From: a virus
Lineage: Duplodnaviria; Caudoviricetes
Virus record (IMG/VR): IMGVR_UViG_3300049381_000011
Location: 31,942 to 95,941 of that record
DNA length: 64,000 nt
Reading direction: 5' to 3' (one strand)
Below, piece after piece: positions 55,406 to 64,000 of the stretch. The translations under genes were made by a program, and so were the position numbers. How positions within the stretch are numbered: position 1 is the stretch's first letter; the number at the start of each line of letters is the position of its first letter. Below the pieces are notes generated by a model. That model made no database searches. It saw only the letters and a list, made by a program, of their open reading frames with translations, and was not told the origin of the DNA.

Positions 55406-57676
55406 CTATCGCTGGGAGAACTGGATGTCGAACATGAGCCCTTTACGGTTGCGGATCGGCTGGGCGATGGCGCCGGCCAACACACCGCGATCGCGGAACG
55501 AGTAGATCGTAGTCCTGGCCTCGGGCGCGCAGCCTTCAGCGGCCATCTTCGTCAGGGCCGCGGTCGGGGTGATCCCTTCCCAGCCTGCCTCTTTGACGAT
55601 TCCCAGGAAGCGCGTGTACGGGTCGATGGCGTTGTACGCCGGCCCGTCGTAGGCGGCCTTCACCCGTTGGAACGCTGCCTCTTCCACGGCGTCCATCTCG
55701 GTCGACTCGTCGTCCGGGTCGTCGGTGAGCGTCGCGACCGGCGACGTCTGGAACGGCGACTCCTGCTCGTCGTCGACGCCGAGCAGCTGCGCGGCGTTCG
55801 CCGGCACGCCGGCCTCCGGCCGGGCGGCCGGTGCGTTCCAACGTCGCTCGGGGTGTTCCTCGCCCCAGAACCATCCGAGCTGGTCGCGGTCCCAGCGGTG
55901 GGAGTAGCCGTACCTCTCGATCGCGGCCGCGGTGCCCTCGTCGAGGTCCGGCCGCCACTGGGTGTGCTCGAACACGGCGCCGTGGACACGCCGCACGTGG
56001 TCGTCGCCGTCACCGAGGAAGTCGAACTTCGCCCGGACCGGCTGCGGGTTGTCCTGGTCCTGGACGACGACGGAGCCTTTGTGGAGCAGCTGGGCGTGCA
56101 TGCGTGCGCCTGCGGTCCGGTCGCTGCCTTGGAAAATGTCGCTGCTGTCGCCGGTGTCGGCCATCCGCCACCCGTACCGGCCGCCCATCTGCGATTTCGC
56201 GTCGCCGCCGGGCATCATCGTGACGGTGGCGCGCTGCGACGCGGTGATGAAGTAGACGCCTTCGCCGGCGCCGAGCATGTGCCCGCGGGTGATGAATGCC
56301 GCCAGTTCGGAGCTGCTCGCCCCCTGGCTGAGATCGCCGAAGCCGGGCTCGGCGTACTGGCCGGTACCTTCGGCGATCTCGTCGGAGATGACGAAGATCG
56401 CAGGGTGCTTCGGGGTAGCCATCCACTTCGTGCCGCTGGCGAGCCGCGGGCGTGCCTTCGCTGCCGCGATCGCCGACAGGAAGATCCGCTCGGCGACGAA
56501 CCGGTTCGTTCCCACCCAGTCGATGATCGGCCGGGCGAGAGGTCGATCGGTTCGCGGGTCGATGACGTTGCGGAGGTACAGCTCGACCCATGCCCGGAAC
56601 AGCCGGCCGCCCTTGAAGTCGATACCCCAGATGAGAGCGTCGGTGCAGCGTGACAACTGCCAGATGAACACCCCGATGCCGTTGCTCTTGCCCTCACGGG
56701 TTTGACCGACGAGCATCCGGTGGATGTCGGCAGGGGTGGTCATCAGCGGCAGGCCGTTTTCGAGGACGCCGAGCCGGAACGCGTTGTAGATCGACATTGC
56801 GCCGTGCTCGGCCGGCATGTAGGTGATCCGGGCGAGGATGTCTTCGAGGTCGACGTAGATCTTCGCCCGGGTAGGAACGGGCTGGCCCTTGAAGTTCACT
56901 CCGCGCTCGATCCGGATCGCGCCGGACCGCACGCCGCCGGAGTCGGCGAAGACCCGGTCGAGGACCATCTCCAGCGCTTCGAGACCGTTGTCCAGAGCCG
57001 TGAAGTTCATGCGCGAACCTTCAGCGAATTCGACGTCCAGGACGAAGTTGCTGTCGATCGTGACCTGGCGGCGCTGGAACAGCAGACCGTCCAGGCTCGC
57101 CCGGCGGAAGATGTCGTTCCACTCGTCGCGTTCTTTTTCCTCTGGCGTCCGTACCGGAGGTGGTGGGGGCGGCGGCTGGACGGGTGCTGGCGGCTGGACG
57201 GGGATCAGACGCCGGCGCTCGCGGAGATCCTGTTCCAGGCTCAGCTGGGAGGTTTTGACCCGGTGCCACGTCGCGGTGCCCGCGAACGCGAGAACTGCCC
57301 AGATGGCCAGCGCGGCGTATCCGCCGTAACCCCACCCTTCGCTGGTCAGCGGAAGCGCCGATGTCGCGGTGGTCGCGGTGAGCCACAGCACGCCGGTGAA
57401 GACGGTGGCGGGCTGGTAGACCCGAAGCGGGGCGCTGTAGTCGTCACCGAGGTGGGTGAGCGTCAGGACGACGGATGCGATGAGCGCGAACGCGAATCCG
57501 ACACCGGCGACGGTGAGCCGGTCGACGATGCCGGTCAGCGGGGCGTGACTTGTTCCGATCCCGACCAGGAACAGCAGTCCCCAACCGATCGCGGGCACGT
57601 ACCAGGACCGGCCGGGACGCCACAGGGTGCCGTAGGGGGTGAGCGCAGCCTGCCGGGTGGTGTCGATGGTGGCCAT
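55406..57676 (-). CDS. traB: FtsK/SpoIIIE-family TraB-like conjugative DNA translocase
   Basis: N-terminal TMs; Walker A GQTREGKS; IDFKGG; Walker B VISDE; ASQRAT; C-terminal wHTH-like region. Confidence 0.8.
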   Translation of the reverse strand: MATIDTTRQAALTPYGTLWRPGRSWYVPAIGWGLLFLVGIGTSHAPLTGIVDRLTVAGVGFAFALIASVVLTLTHLGDDYSAPLRVYQPATVFTGVLWLTATTATSALPLTSEGWGYGGYAALAIWAVLAFAGTATWHRVKTSQLSLEQDLRERRRLIPVQPPAPVQPPPPPPPVRTPEEKERDEWNDIFRRASLDGLLFQRRQVTIDSNFVLDVEFAEGSRMNFTALDNGLEALEMVLDRVFADSGGVRSGAIRIERGVNFKGQPVPTRAKIYVDLEDILARITYMPAEHGAMSIYNAFRLGVLENGLPLMTTPADIHRMLVGQTREGKSNGIGVFIWQLSRCTDALIWGIDFKGGRLFRAWVELYLRNVIDPRTDRPLARPIIDWVGTNRFVAERIFLSAIAAAKARPRLASGTKWMATPKHPAIFVISDEIAEGTGQYAEPGFGDLSQGASSSELAAFITRGHMLGAGEGVYFITASQRATVTMMPGGDAKSQMGGRYGWRMADTGDSSDIFQGSDRTAGARMHAQLLHKGSVVVQDQDNPQPVRAKFDFLGDGDDHVRRVHGAVFEHTQWRPDLDEGTAAAIERYGYSHRWDRDQLGWFWGEEHPERRWNAPAARPEAGVPANAAQLLGVDDEQESPFQTSPVATLTDDPDDESTEMDAVEEAAFQRVKAAYDGPAYNAIDPYTRFLGIVKEAGWEGITPTAALTKMAAEGCAPEARTTIYSFRDRGVLAGAIAQPIRNRKGLMFDIQFSQR

Positions 57677-57703
57677 CAGTCGGTCCTCCTTGCCTCGGGT
57701 GGG

Positions 57704-59866
57704 TCAGTTGGCGCGTACTGCGGTGGAGACGTCGGCCCATTCCGGGCTGCGGCGGTCGGCCCGCCGTCCGAGGTCGTGCTGGTAGACGACCGCGTGCTTC
57801 TTCGCGACGTCACCGGCGGTGGTCGCGGTGTCGTGGTAGCCCTTGATCAGGTAGTTCCAGTATTTGTGAATATCGTTGTCGATGGGGTACTGCTGCACAA
57901 GACGGTCGGCGAGGGCACGCTGCTGCAGCGCCATCCCGTACATGGTGTTGCTGATCCCGTTGACGAACTGGGTGAAGTCGACGATCGCGTCGAGGGATGC
58001 CTGCCCGGTCCGCGGGTCGTAGCTGCGGATGCCGGCACGGTGGGCGCCGATGATGAGCGCGGCCCGTTCGTGGAGCGGACTCCCGTCGATCATGTTCGGG
58101 ATGGAGCCGCCGTTCGACGTCCGCACAATGTCGGCGATCGCCTCGTTCACCCGGATACCGCGGTGACGGTCGAGGTCGGCCGCGTGGCGGGTCTCGTAGG
58201 CGGCGAACAGCGCGGCGGCACGCTCGGCGAGGTTGCCGTGCATGTTCGCGACGGCGCCGATGTAGGCGTGCAGGTGGTCGGCGCCGGGGAAGAGGTTCGC
58301 CATGTTGAGTCCGAGACCACGCCAGTCGGTTTCGGCTTCGGTCATGACGACGGGGAGGCTTTTCAGGAACCGGTGCAGGTCGGGTACGCCTCCGCGCGGG
58401 TCGAAGGTGGCGATCGCTGCACGGTAGGCCTCGAGGACGCGAACCTGGGCGGGGTGTAGGCCCGCAAAGACCTGGTCTGGTGTGGTGGTGGTGGACATGT
58501 CGTCTCCGATCGGTCGGTCTGGCTTGTCGACGGGCGGCAGGACTGGCGCTCGTGTCGTTGCCGGGTCGGGGGTGGCGGGTCGGTGGCCGACGTCGGTGTC
58601 GGTGTCGGCGTCGGCCTGGTCGCCGGACGGGCCGGGTGTGGTCGGCTGGACGGTAGGGGCGGCGGCCGGCTGGACGGTGGCGGTCGCTGCGAGACCGGCG
58701 AGGATGTCAGCAACCGTTTTGCCGTTACGCGGTTTGGCAGCAGCAGCAGCAGCAGCGGGTGCGGCCGCGGGTGCGGCCGCTTTCGGCGTAGCTGGGGCCG
58801 GGCGCCGTCGGCGGGTGCTCTTATGGTTCGGATCCCATACCCAGCTCATCACCCGGCGTGCGATACGACGGGGGGTGTCGGGGTCATGCGCGGCGTTCTC
58901 GGCACGTAGCAGCCAGCCCTCGATCCCTGCTGCGCGTTTGCGCCACATCCTGCGGGCGGTCTTGCTGGACAGGCGGGCCAGCCCAACGAACGGCGCGACG
59001 AGCGCTGCGGCAGCGAGCATGACCGGGCGTCCGGAGTACCGCTCACGTAGCTTCGGCCGGGTCGTGGCCGGCGACGGGACGGGCTTGCGACTCGTCGACA
59101 CCTTCGGCGACGGCGAGCTGGTTCGGTTGGTTCGCCACGGCATGGCCAGACCGCCCGGGCCGCGCCCGCGGGTGGCCTGACCGAGCCGGGTCGACGCCAT
59201 CGGCATCGTCGACCGGCCGGCACGGCGGCTGGTCCCGGTAACACCGGTGGTGGGGCTCGGTGCACGGCCACGACGGAACCACCCCGACCGTCCGGCAGCC
59301 GCAGGTGCTGGCGTGGGGGTGCGGCCACGTCCGGTCAGACCTGTACCCCGCCGTCCGGTCGTGCTCGCGGCGGCCGGCTTGCCGCCACCGAACAGTCCGC
59401 GGCCGGTCCGTCCGGACCGCAGCGGGTTACGGCCACCGAACAGGGACCGTCCGGACCGTCCGGATCCGCCCCGGAAGAGGCCTGCCCCGCGTGACCGGGA
59501 CAGTCCGCCACCGGTACGGGACCGACCCCATCCGGTCCGGCCGGACCGTAGCGGGTTGCGGCCGGAGCGGGCCGATTTGACGGCCAGGGTTCCAGCGCCG
59601 GCGGCGGCCGCGGTGCCGGCAGCGATCGCGAGCACGATCACGCCGAACACCTGGAAGAGGATCACTCCGCCGACGGCGGCGGCGACGACGGATCCGGCAA
59701 CGGGCAGTGCTCGACCGCCGGACTCCTGGGGCGTCGCGATGAGTGTCTTATCGGAACGGACCGGTCCGGCCGGTCCGAACGGTCCGGTCCGGAGGTCGTC
59801 GACGCTCGGCCGGGCTGGTCCGGCCCGGCTGGTCCGGGCGCGTGGGCGAGGGGTGTCAGTGCTCAC
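57704..59866 (-). CDS. Transfer-associated membrane protein with duplicated C-terminal domain
   Basis: TM, basic low-complexity region, FDPRGG/YDPRTG repeats; upstream of traB. Confidence 0.65.
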   Translation of the reverse strand: MSTDTPRPRARTSRAGPARPSVDDLRTGPFGPAGPVRSDKTLIATPQESGGRALPVAGSVVAAAVGGVILFQVFGVIVLAIAAGTAAAAGAGTLAVKSARSGRNPLRSGRTGWGRSRTGGGLSRSRGAGLFRGGSGRSGRSLFGGRNPLRSGRTGRGLFGGGKPAAASTTGRRGTGLTGRGRTPTPAPAAAGRSGWFRRGRAPSPTTGVTGTSRRAGRSTMPMASTRLGQATRGRGPGGLAMPWRTNRTSSPSPKVSTSRKPVPSPATTRPKLRERYSGRPVMLAAAALVAPFVGLARLSSKTARRMWRKRAAGIEGWLLRAENAAHDPDTPRRIARRVMSWVWDPNHKSTRRRRPAPATPKAAAPAAAPAAAAAAAKPRNGKTVADILAGLAATATVQPAAAPTVQPTTPGPSGDQADADTDTDVGHRPATPDPATTRAPVLPPVDKPDRPIGDDMSTTTTPDQVFAGLHPAQVRVLEAYRAAIATFDPRGGVPDLHRFLKSLPVVMTEAETDWRGLGLNMANLFPGADHLHAYIGAVANMHGNLAERAAALFAAYETRHAADLDRHRGIRVNEAIADIVRTSNGGSIPNMIDGSPLHERAALIIGAHRAGIRSYDPRTGQASLDAIVDFTQFVNGISNTMYGMALQQRALADRLVQQYPIDNDIHKYWNYLIKGYHDTATTAGDVAKKHAVVYQHDLGRRADRRSPEWADVSTAVRAN

Positions 59867-61284
59867 GCCATAACCTCCTGATCAAGCTCGGCGGCGTCGT
59901 CCGGCACGTCTGGCATCAGCTGCTCGCGGTACCGGAACGCATCCCGTAGGCGGTCCTTGCCGATGCCGGTCTTGCCGTAGATGAGGTTGCGGGAAGGTCC
60001 ACCGGCAGCGATGCCGTCGCGGAGCTGGTCCCAGGTGTGGTCGGGGTAGGCGGCGCGGATTTCCATCAGGGCGTCACGCAGGGAGTCGATCTGCTTCTGG
60101 CTGAGCGGGCCGTCGTCACCGAGGATCGGCATCTCGACGGTGTCCTCCTGCAGGGCCTTCTTGGCTGCCGGCTTCGTGGTTGACTTCGTGGCTGGCTTAC
60201 GTGGTTCGGGGGCGGGCTTGGTCTTCTGCTCGCGTGCGTCGTTTGCCGTATCGAGGTTGTCGGCGTCTGGTGGGGGCAGCAGGTCAAGGTTTCGCGCCTT
60301 CGCTACCCGGGCGGCGACCTCGGTCGGGCTGCTTTCTGCCCTGCCGGTGTAGAGGACGTGGAGCATCGCGTCGTATTCGTCCCGGACGCTCTTGTTCGTC
60401 GCGTAGCCCAGGCGCTCGTTGGCGAGCTCGAACTGCGCGTCGAGCTTGCGGCGCATCCGGGCGTCCAGCCACTTCCATCGGCGTTCGGATCCGGTGTGGT
60501 AGCGCGCTGCGGCGCGGGAGAGGCTGGACAGCTGCCGCTGGCGGGCCACGACGGACATGTCGCGGTCGTCTTCGTCGAGCTCGATCCAGCCCCATCGGAC
60601 GAGTACGCGTTCGGCTGCTGACGTGAAGTTCCAGCGGAGCCGCTTGCGGGTTTCCGGCTTGTGGGCCAGGGCCGGGTTGGCTAGGACTTCGTCTTTGCGC
60701 TTCAGGATCGTTGCGATGTTCAGGACGAGCTCGAACATGAAGGCGGTCGCCATCGGCGGGAAGAACCGGAACAGGGCCTCAGCGAAGTTGTGGGCGTCGA
60801 GCGAGGCGAACAGGCCGGTGATGAACGCGAAGGCCCACACAGCCTTGCCTGCGGGGCCGGAGCTGCCGGTGTGCCTGCGCTGGAAGCGCGCGTAGAACGC
60901 GCAGGCCAGCATCAGTACCTCAAAGATGGCGAAGCCGGTCCACTGTTCAGGGCCATCGGAGCCGAGCTTTTCCGCGAAGAACCGCAGCATGGCGCCGGCG
61001 CTGACGCTCATGGTGATTGTGCCGGCCACCAGCGCGAGGGTCTGGATGATGGCGACGTCGCGACGGTCGGATCGTGCTTCCTTCGCGTGCATTGCTTTGG
61101 TCTTGTTGGCGTTGGCGGCCTGGTTGCGTGTCCGGCGGCGTAGCCGGCGGATCAGGTATGTCTGCGAGGCGACGGTCAGTGTTAGCAGCCCGAGGACGAC
61201 GAGGTTGACCGGGTTGTTGAGCCAGTTGCCGAGCGCGTCAACGATCTCGTCGAGACTCATCCAGGTGAGGCCGAACATGCTCAT
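59863..61284 (-). CDS. Spd/DUF2637-like multi-TM spread protein
   Basis: About five TMs, FAIFEVLMLACA, RFFPP; GGAGG RBS. Confidence 0.65.
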   Translation of the reverse strand: MSMFGLTWMSLDEIVDALGNWLNNPVNLVVLGLLTLTVASQTYLIRRLRRRTRNQAANANKTKAMHAKEARSDRRDVAIIQTLALVAGTITMSVSAGAMLRFFAEKLGSDGPEQWTGFAIFEVLMLACAFYARFQRRHTGSSGPAGKAVWAFAFITGLFASLDAHNFAEALFRFFPPMATAFMFELVLNIATILKRKDEVLANPALAHKPETRKRLRWNFTSAAERVLVRWGWIELDEDDRDMSVVARQRQLSSLSRAAARYHTGSERRWKWLDARMRRKLDAQFELANERLGYATNKSVRDEYDAMLHVLYTGRAESSPTEVAARVAKARNLDLLPPPDADNLDTANDAREQKTKPAPEPRKPATKSTTKPAAKKALQEDTVEMPILGDDGPLSQKQIDSLRDALMEIRAAYPDHTWDQLRDGIAAGGPSRNLIYGKTGIGKDRLRDAFRYREQLMPDVPDDAAELDQEVMA

Positions 61285-61294
61285 CCCTCCAGTG

Positions 61295-61830
61295 CCGACT
61301 GGTCGGCGGTCACGTAGGTGGTCGGAGTCGACCGGTCGGCTCCGACCGGTCGGAAGTTTTGGGGGTGGGCGACCGGGGTGGTCGACCGGTCGGCGGGGTG
61401 GTCGACCGACCGGTCGGTTGGGCTGGTCGGGGTGGTCGACTGGTCGACTACATGGGCTTCCCGACCGGTCGGAAGGGTGGTCGGGGAGCTTTCCGACCGG
61501 TGGTCGACCGGTGGGTGTCGACCGGTCGGGCTGGCTCCGACCGGTCGGCGGGTGCCGGTCGGGCGGCCGGACAGGTCGATGGTTGGGAGCATTTGTGCAG
61601 CTACAGGGCCGTCCGACCGGTCGGAGTCGACCGGTCGGGTAAGCGGTCGACCGGTCGGCTGGTGGCGGTCGACCGGTCGGCTCCGACCGGTCGGGTTGTT
61701 CTGTCCGCGGTCGACCGGTTGGCTCCGACCGGTCGGGGAAGCGAGCTCGCGGACCGGTCGGCGTCGACCGGTCGGGCTCAGCTGGTGGGTCTCCGACCGG
61801 TCGGGCAACGCCCGTCGCACCGGTCCGGTC
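61295..61830. repeat. Array of palindromic CGACCGGTCG repeats
   Basis: About 15 exact CGACCGGTCGG copies plus variants, counted by eye. Confidence 0.9.
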
Positions 61831-62039
61831 GAGATCTTCATGTGAGTTAGTGTGACATAGCCTTGACACTCTGGGTACTTTAGATACTGTAAAGATCTTG
61901 ACCTTTGACCGGTCGTGATCAATGTGTACCGTCCTCACAGTGTGCAACACATCGGCGTTTGGCTGCAGGAGAATCTCCGTGCCATCGTCTCGTTCCGACA
62001 CTGCAATGCGAAAATTGATCAATCGAGAGTGGAGGCGCG

Positions 62040-62309
62040 GTGACGGATGGGCAACCCATGACCATGAGCGAAGCGGTCGCGTACACCGGTTTGTCCAGGT
62101 CAACCGTGCAACGCCGAGTCGATCTGTGGCAAACAGGCGACCGGACGGCGGCAGCGCTCAAAGGCGGGCGCACGCACGGCACCCATGGTGAGCGGCGGGT
62201 GGACCCAGTCGACGCCGAGCGGGCACGACTGCAACTAGCTGGCGAGCTGCCAGGCACGGTGACACCGGACGAGTATCTGCAGATGGTGCGGGCACGGGAC
62301 GGTTCCTGA
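62040..62309 (+). CDS. Excisionase/HTH-like regulator divergent from transfer operon
   Basis: MTMSEAVAYTGLSRSTVQRRV; GGAGG RBS. Confidence 0.65.
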   Translation: MTDGQPMTMSEAVAYTGLSRSTVQRRVDLWQTGDRTAAALKGGRTHGTHGERRVDPVDAERARLQLAGELPGTVTPDEYLQMVRARDGS

Positions 62310-62496
62310 CCGTACGGACGATCACGACGGCCGGTGCCTCACAGGCGACCGGCCGTTACTGTGTGTGGCGGAATGTTGTCGTCGTCGGCGACGACGACAA
62401 CGGGTGGCATGCGAACAACCCCGTGTTTGCGCTGTTCGGCAGCGTCAGACACGGGGTTTTCTGTTGTCGTCGTCGCCGACGACGACAACGCGTCGG

Positions 62497-62865
62497 TTAC
62501 TGAGGGTGCATGTCGCTGATTTCGCTGATCGTCTCGCCGACGTGGGATTCGAGGATGGACAGCAGCTCCGTCGGAACGTTCGTGCTCGCCTGCCGGCCCT
62601 CCCAGTCGGTCACCGTGATCTCCAGCCAGTCGGCTGATTCGAGGTACCAGCCGGCGAACGTCCGGGTCGTGATCGATCCTCCGTCGAGCTGGATCGTTCT
62701 CGGCTGGCTGATGTGCGCCTCGTTGTCGATCTCCTCGTCGTCGTTGACGCACCAGTCCGGGTGGTCGACGTCAGGAGCATCGTCGTCGGCATCCGGATCC
62801 TCGTCATCGTCGTCCGGGTCGTCGTAGTCGATGATTCCCATCCTCGCCGGATCCTCGTCGATCAT
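62497..62865 (-). CDS. Acidic hypothetical protein
   Basis: ATGA coupling; HPDWC. Confidence 0.55.
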   Translation of the reverse strand: MIDEDPARMGIIDYDDPDDDDEDPDADDDAPDVDHPDWCVNDDEEIDNEAHISQPRTIQLDGGSITTRTFAGWYLESADWLEITVTDWEGRQASTNVPTELLSILESHVGETISEISDMHPQ

Positions 62866-63530
62866 GACGTGCGGCCTTGCTGGCGGGGCACGGCCAGCCC
62901 CCGGCGGTTGGACCGGGCGAGCAGCGACGCGGTGACGATGAGTCCGGCCACGACGGGCAGGAGGAGCAGCGCCAGGCCTGGGCTCTGGTAGGACAGGTGA
63001 GCCGTCACGAACAGTGTCGGGGCGACGAGCCCGGCACAGATCAGCGCGGCCACGCTACGGCCGTTGCCGGTTGCCTTTTCGGCTGGCGCCGGCCTGGACT
63101 GTCGGCGGGGGGCGGGCGCAGCGGGCGCGGCCGGCGGCGTCGACGCCTCGGCGGGCTCGCTGGCCCAGGCGGTCAGCAGGGTGAAGTCTTCGTCGCGCAG
63201 GAGGTCGCGGGCGAGGATCGCGAGCGCCAGAATGGCGGCGATGTCGTCGAACTCGGTGAGCGCGCCGAGGTCGGCGAGGTGGGGGTCGTCGACGCCGACG
63301 ACCTTGTGGTCGGGGGTGACGCGGCCGCTGGCGTAGATGGCCAGCTCGGCACGCTCGGCCGCGTCGATGAACGTCGAGCGGCTGTCCAGGTATTTGATGG
63401 TCAGCTCGTCGGACTCGGCGTCGGTCATGGCGTACATGGCTGCGGCGTAGTCGGTGTAGGCAGCGAGGGTTTCGGGGCTGGCGGGGATGAGGACGTGCTC
63501 GAGGCTGGACATGATCGGCTCCCGGGTCAC
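62862..63530 (-). CDS. Membrane hypothetical protein
   Basis: Two C-terminal TMs. Confidence 0.55.
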   Translation of the reverse strand: MTREPIMSSLEHVLIPASPETLAAYTDYAAAMYAMTDAESDELTIKYLDSRSTFIDAAERAELAIYASGRVTPDHKVVGVDDPHLADLGALTEFDDIAAILALAILARDLLRDEDFTLLTAWASEPAEASTPPAAPAAPAPRRQSRPAPAEKATGNGRSVAALICAGLVAPTLFVTAHLSYQSPGLALLLLPVVAGLIVTASLLARSNRRGLAVPRQQGRTS

Positions 63531-63889
63531 TGGGTGGGGGTGTCGGAGGGTGCGGGCCTGCGCCAGGTCACTCCTGCGCCCACGATCAGGCCGCAGGCTA
63601 TCGCGCCGGCGGCGGCGATGGCAGTCATGAGACGGATGTTCGTGGGCGCCCAGCTGCGGGCGGCGGCCAGCGCGCCGGCGGCGGCGAGCAGGAGCGTGGC
63701 GCCGATAGCTGCGAGGCGGCGCATGATCCGGTTGTACTGGGCTGCGGTGTACCGCTCGGACGGACTGGGCCTGCGTAGGAGCAGCAGTTGCAGCGCGCTG
63801 CTACGGCGGCGGATCGGGAGCCGGTTGCCGCGGACTGCGGGGAGCCGGTCGTGGGCGGCGGGTAGCTGGCGGACGGGTGTGGCGGTCAA
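63527..63889 (-). CDS. Two-TM hypothetical protein
   Basis: AGGAGG RBS with hairpin leader. Confidence 0.6.
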   Translation of the reverse strand: MTATPVRQLPAAHDRLPAVRGNRLPIRRRSSALQLLLLRRPSPSERYTAAQYNRIMRRLAAIGATLLLAAAGALAAARSWAPTNIRLMTAIAAAGAIACGLIVGAGVTWRRPAPSDTPTQ

Positions 63890-63892
63890 CGT

Positions 63893-63975
63893 GGCCTCCT
63901 GGTCGAGGGTGCGCCTTCCAGGGCGCGTCCATCTACGCTAACCGTACGGCTGTAAATCGGCAATATGTTGTGCAC
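63893..63975 (-). promoter_or_regulatory. Shared promoter (TTGCCG-17-TAGCGT) plus GCGCC-CTGGAA-GGCGC hairpin
   Basis: Same architecture as 11151 and 27089. Confidence 0.75.
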
Positions 63976-64000
63976 GAAAAACAGGGGTGGGCCAGCAGAG

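Noticed and set aside
56702-58459. Long antisense ORFs (also 916..1947, 9492..10814, 21467..22747, 37011..38459)
   Set aside because: Shadow ORFs typical of high-GC DNA opposite recognisable genes.
58737-58756. (GCA)6 microsatellite as phase-variation site
   Set aside because: In-frame poly-Ala in a low-complexity linker.
61295-61830. CRISPR array
   Set aside because: Repeats are only 10-12 bp with irregular short spacers, and there are no cas genes.
59863-62103. 746-aa ORF from 62103
   Set aside because: The N-terminal part is read-through of the repeat array; the RBS supports a start at 61284.
1-64000. tRNA/rRNA genes, reverse transcriptase/DGR, transposases
   Set aside because: No recognisable motifs seen by eye; not excluded without tRNAscan or HMM searches.

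Overview
High-GC actinobacterial (probably mycelial actinomycete) phage-like element filling the whole window. Minus strand, 0.9-26.8 kb: head morphogenesis genes (terS, PBSX-type terL, portal, MuF-like minor capsid, scaffold, major capsid, head-tail adaptor and stopper). These are interrupted by accessory genes: T4-like RNA ligase, a partial polynucleotide kinase, DUF2829/Tad2, a HIT variant, an ADP-ribosyltransferase-like protein and a clamp-motif peptide. From 27 to 36.5 kb lie plus-strand cassettes, many with a shared promoter and CTGGAA-loop hairpin, followed by an HNH nuclease, an endolysin and a Prim-Pol. From 36.6 to 53.9 kb lie hypothetical genes, a tyrosine recombinase lacking its catalytic residues, XRE regulators and TA modules. 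From 53.9 to 62.3 kb lies a TraB/FtsK mycelial-conjugation module with a palindromic repeat array. Best candidates for novelty: (1) two otherwise unrelated proteins sharing an N-terminal CxCxC-H leader, each followed by a small coupled ORF (possible capsid-cargo/effector system); (2) a virion plus TraB hybrid element linked by one promoter/hairpin motif; (3) a 55-aa peptide with two beta-clamp motifs. All calls come from reading motifs by eye; no database searches were run. No tRNA, rRNA, CRISPR array, tail module or intact integrase was seen.
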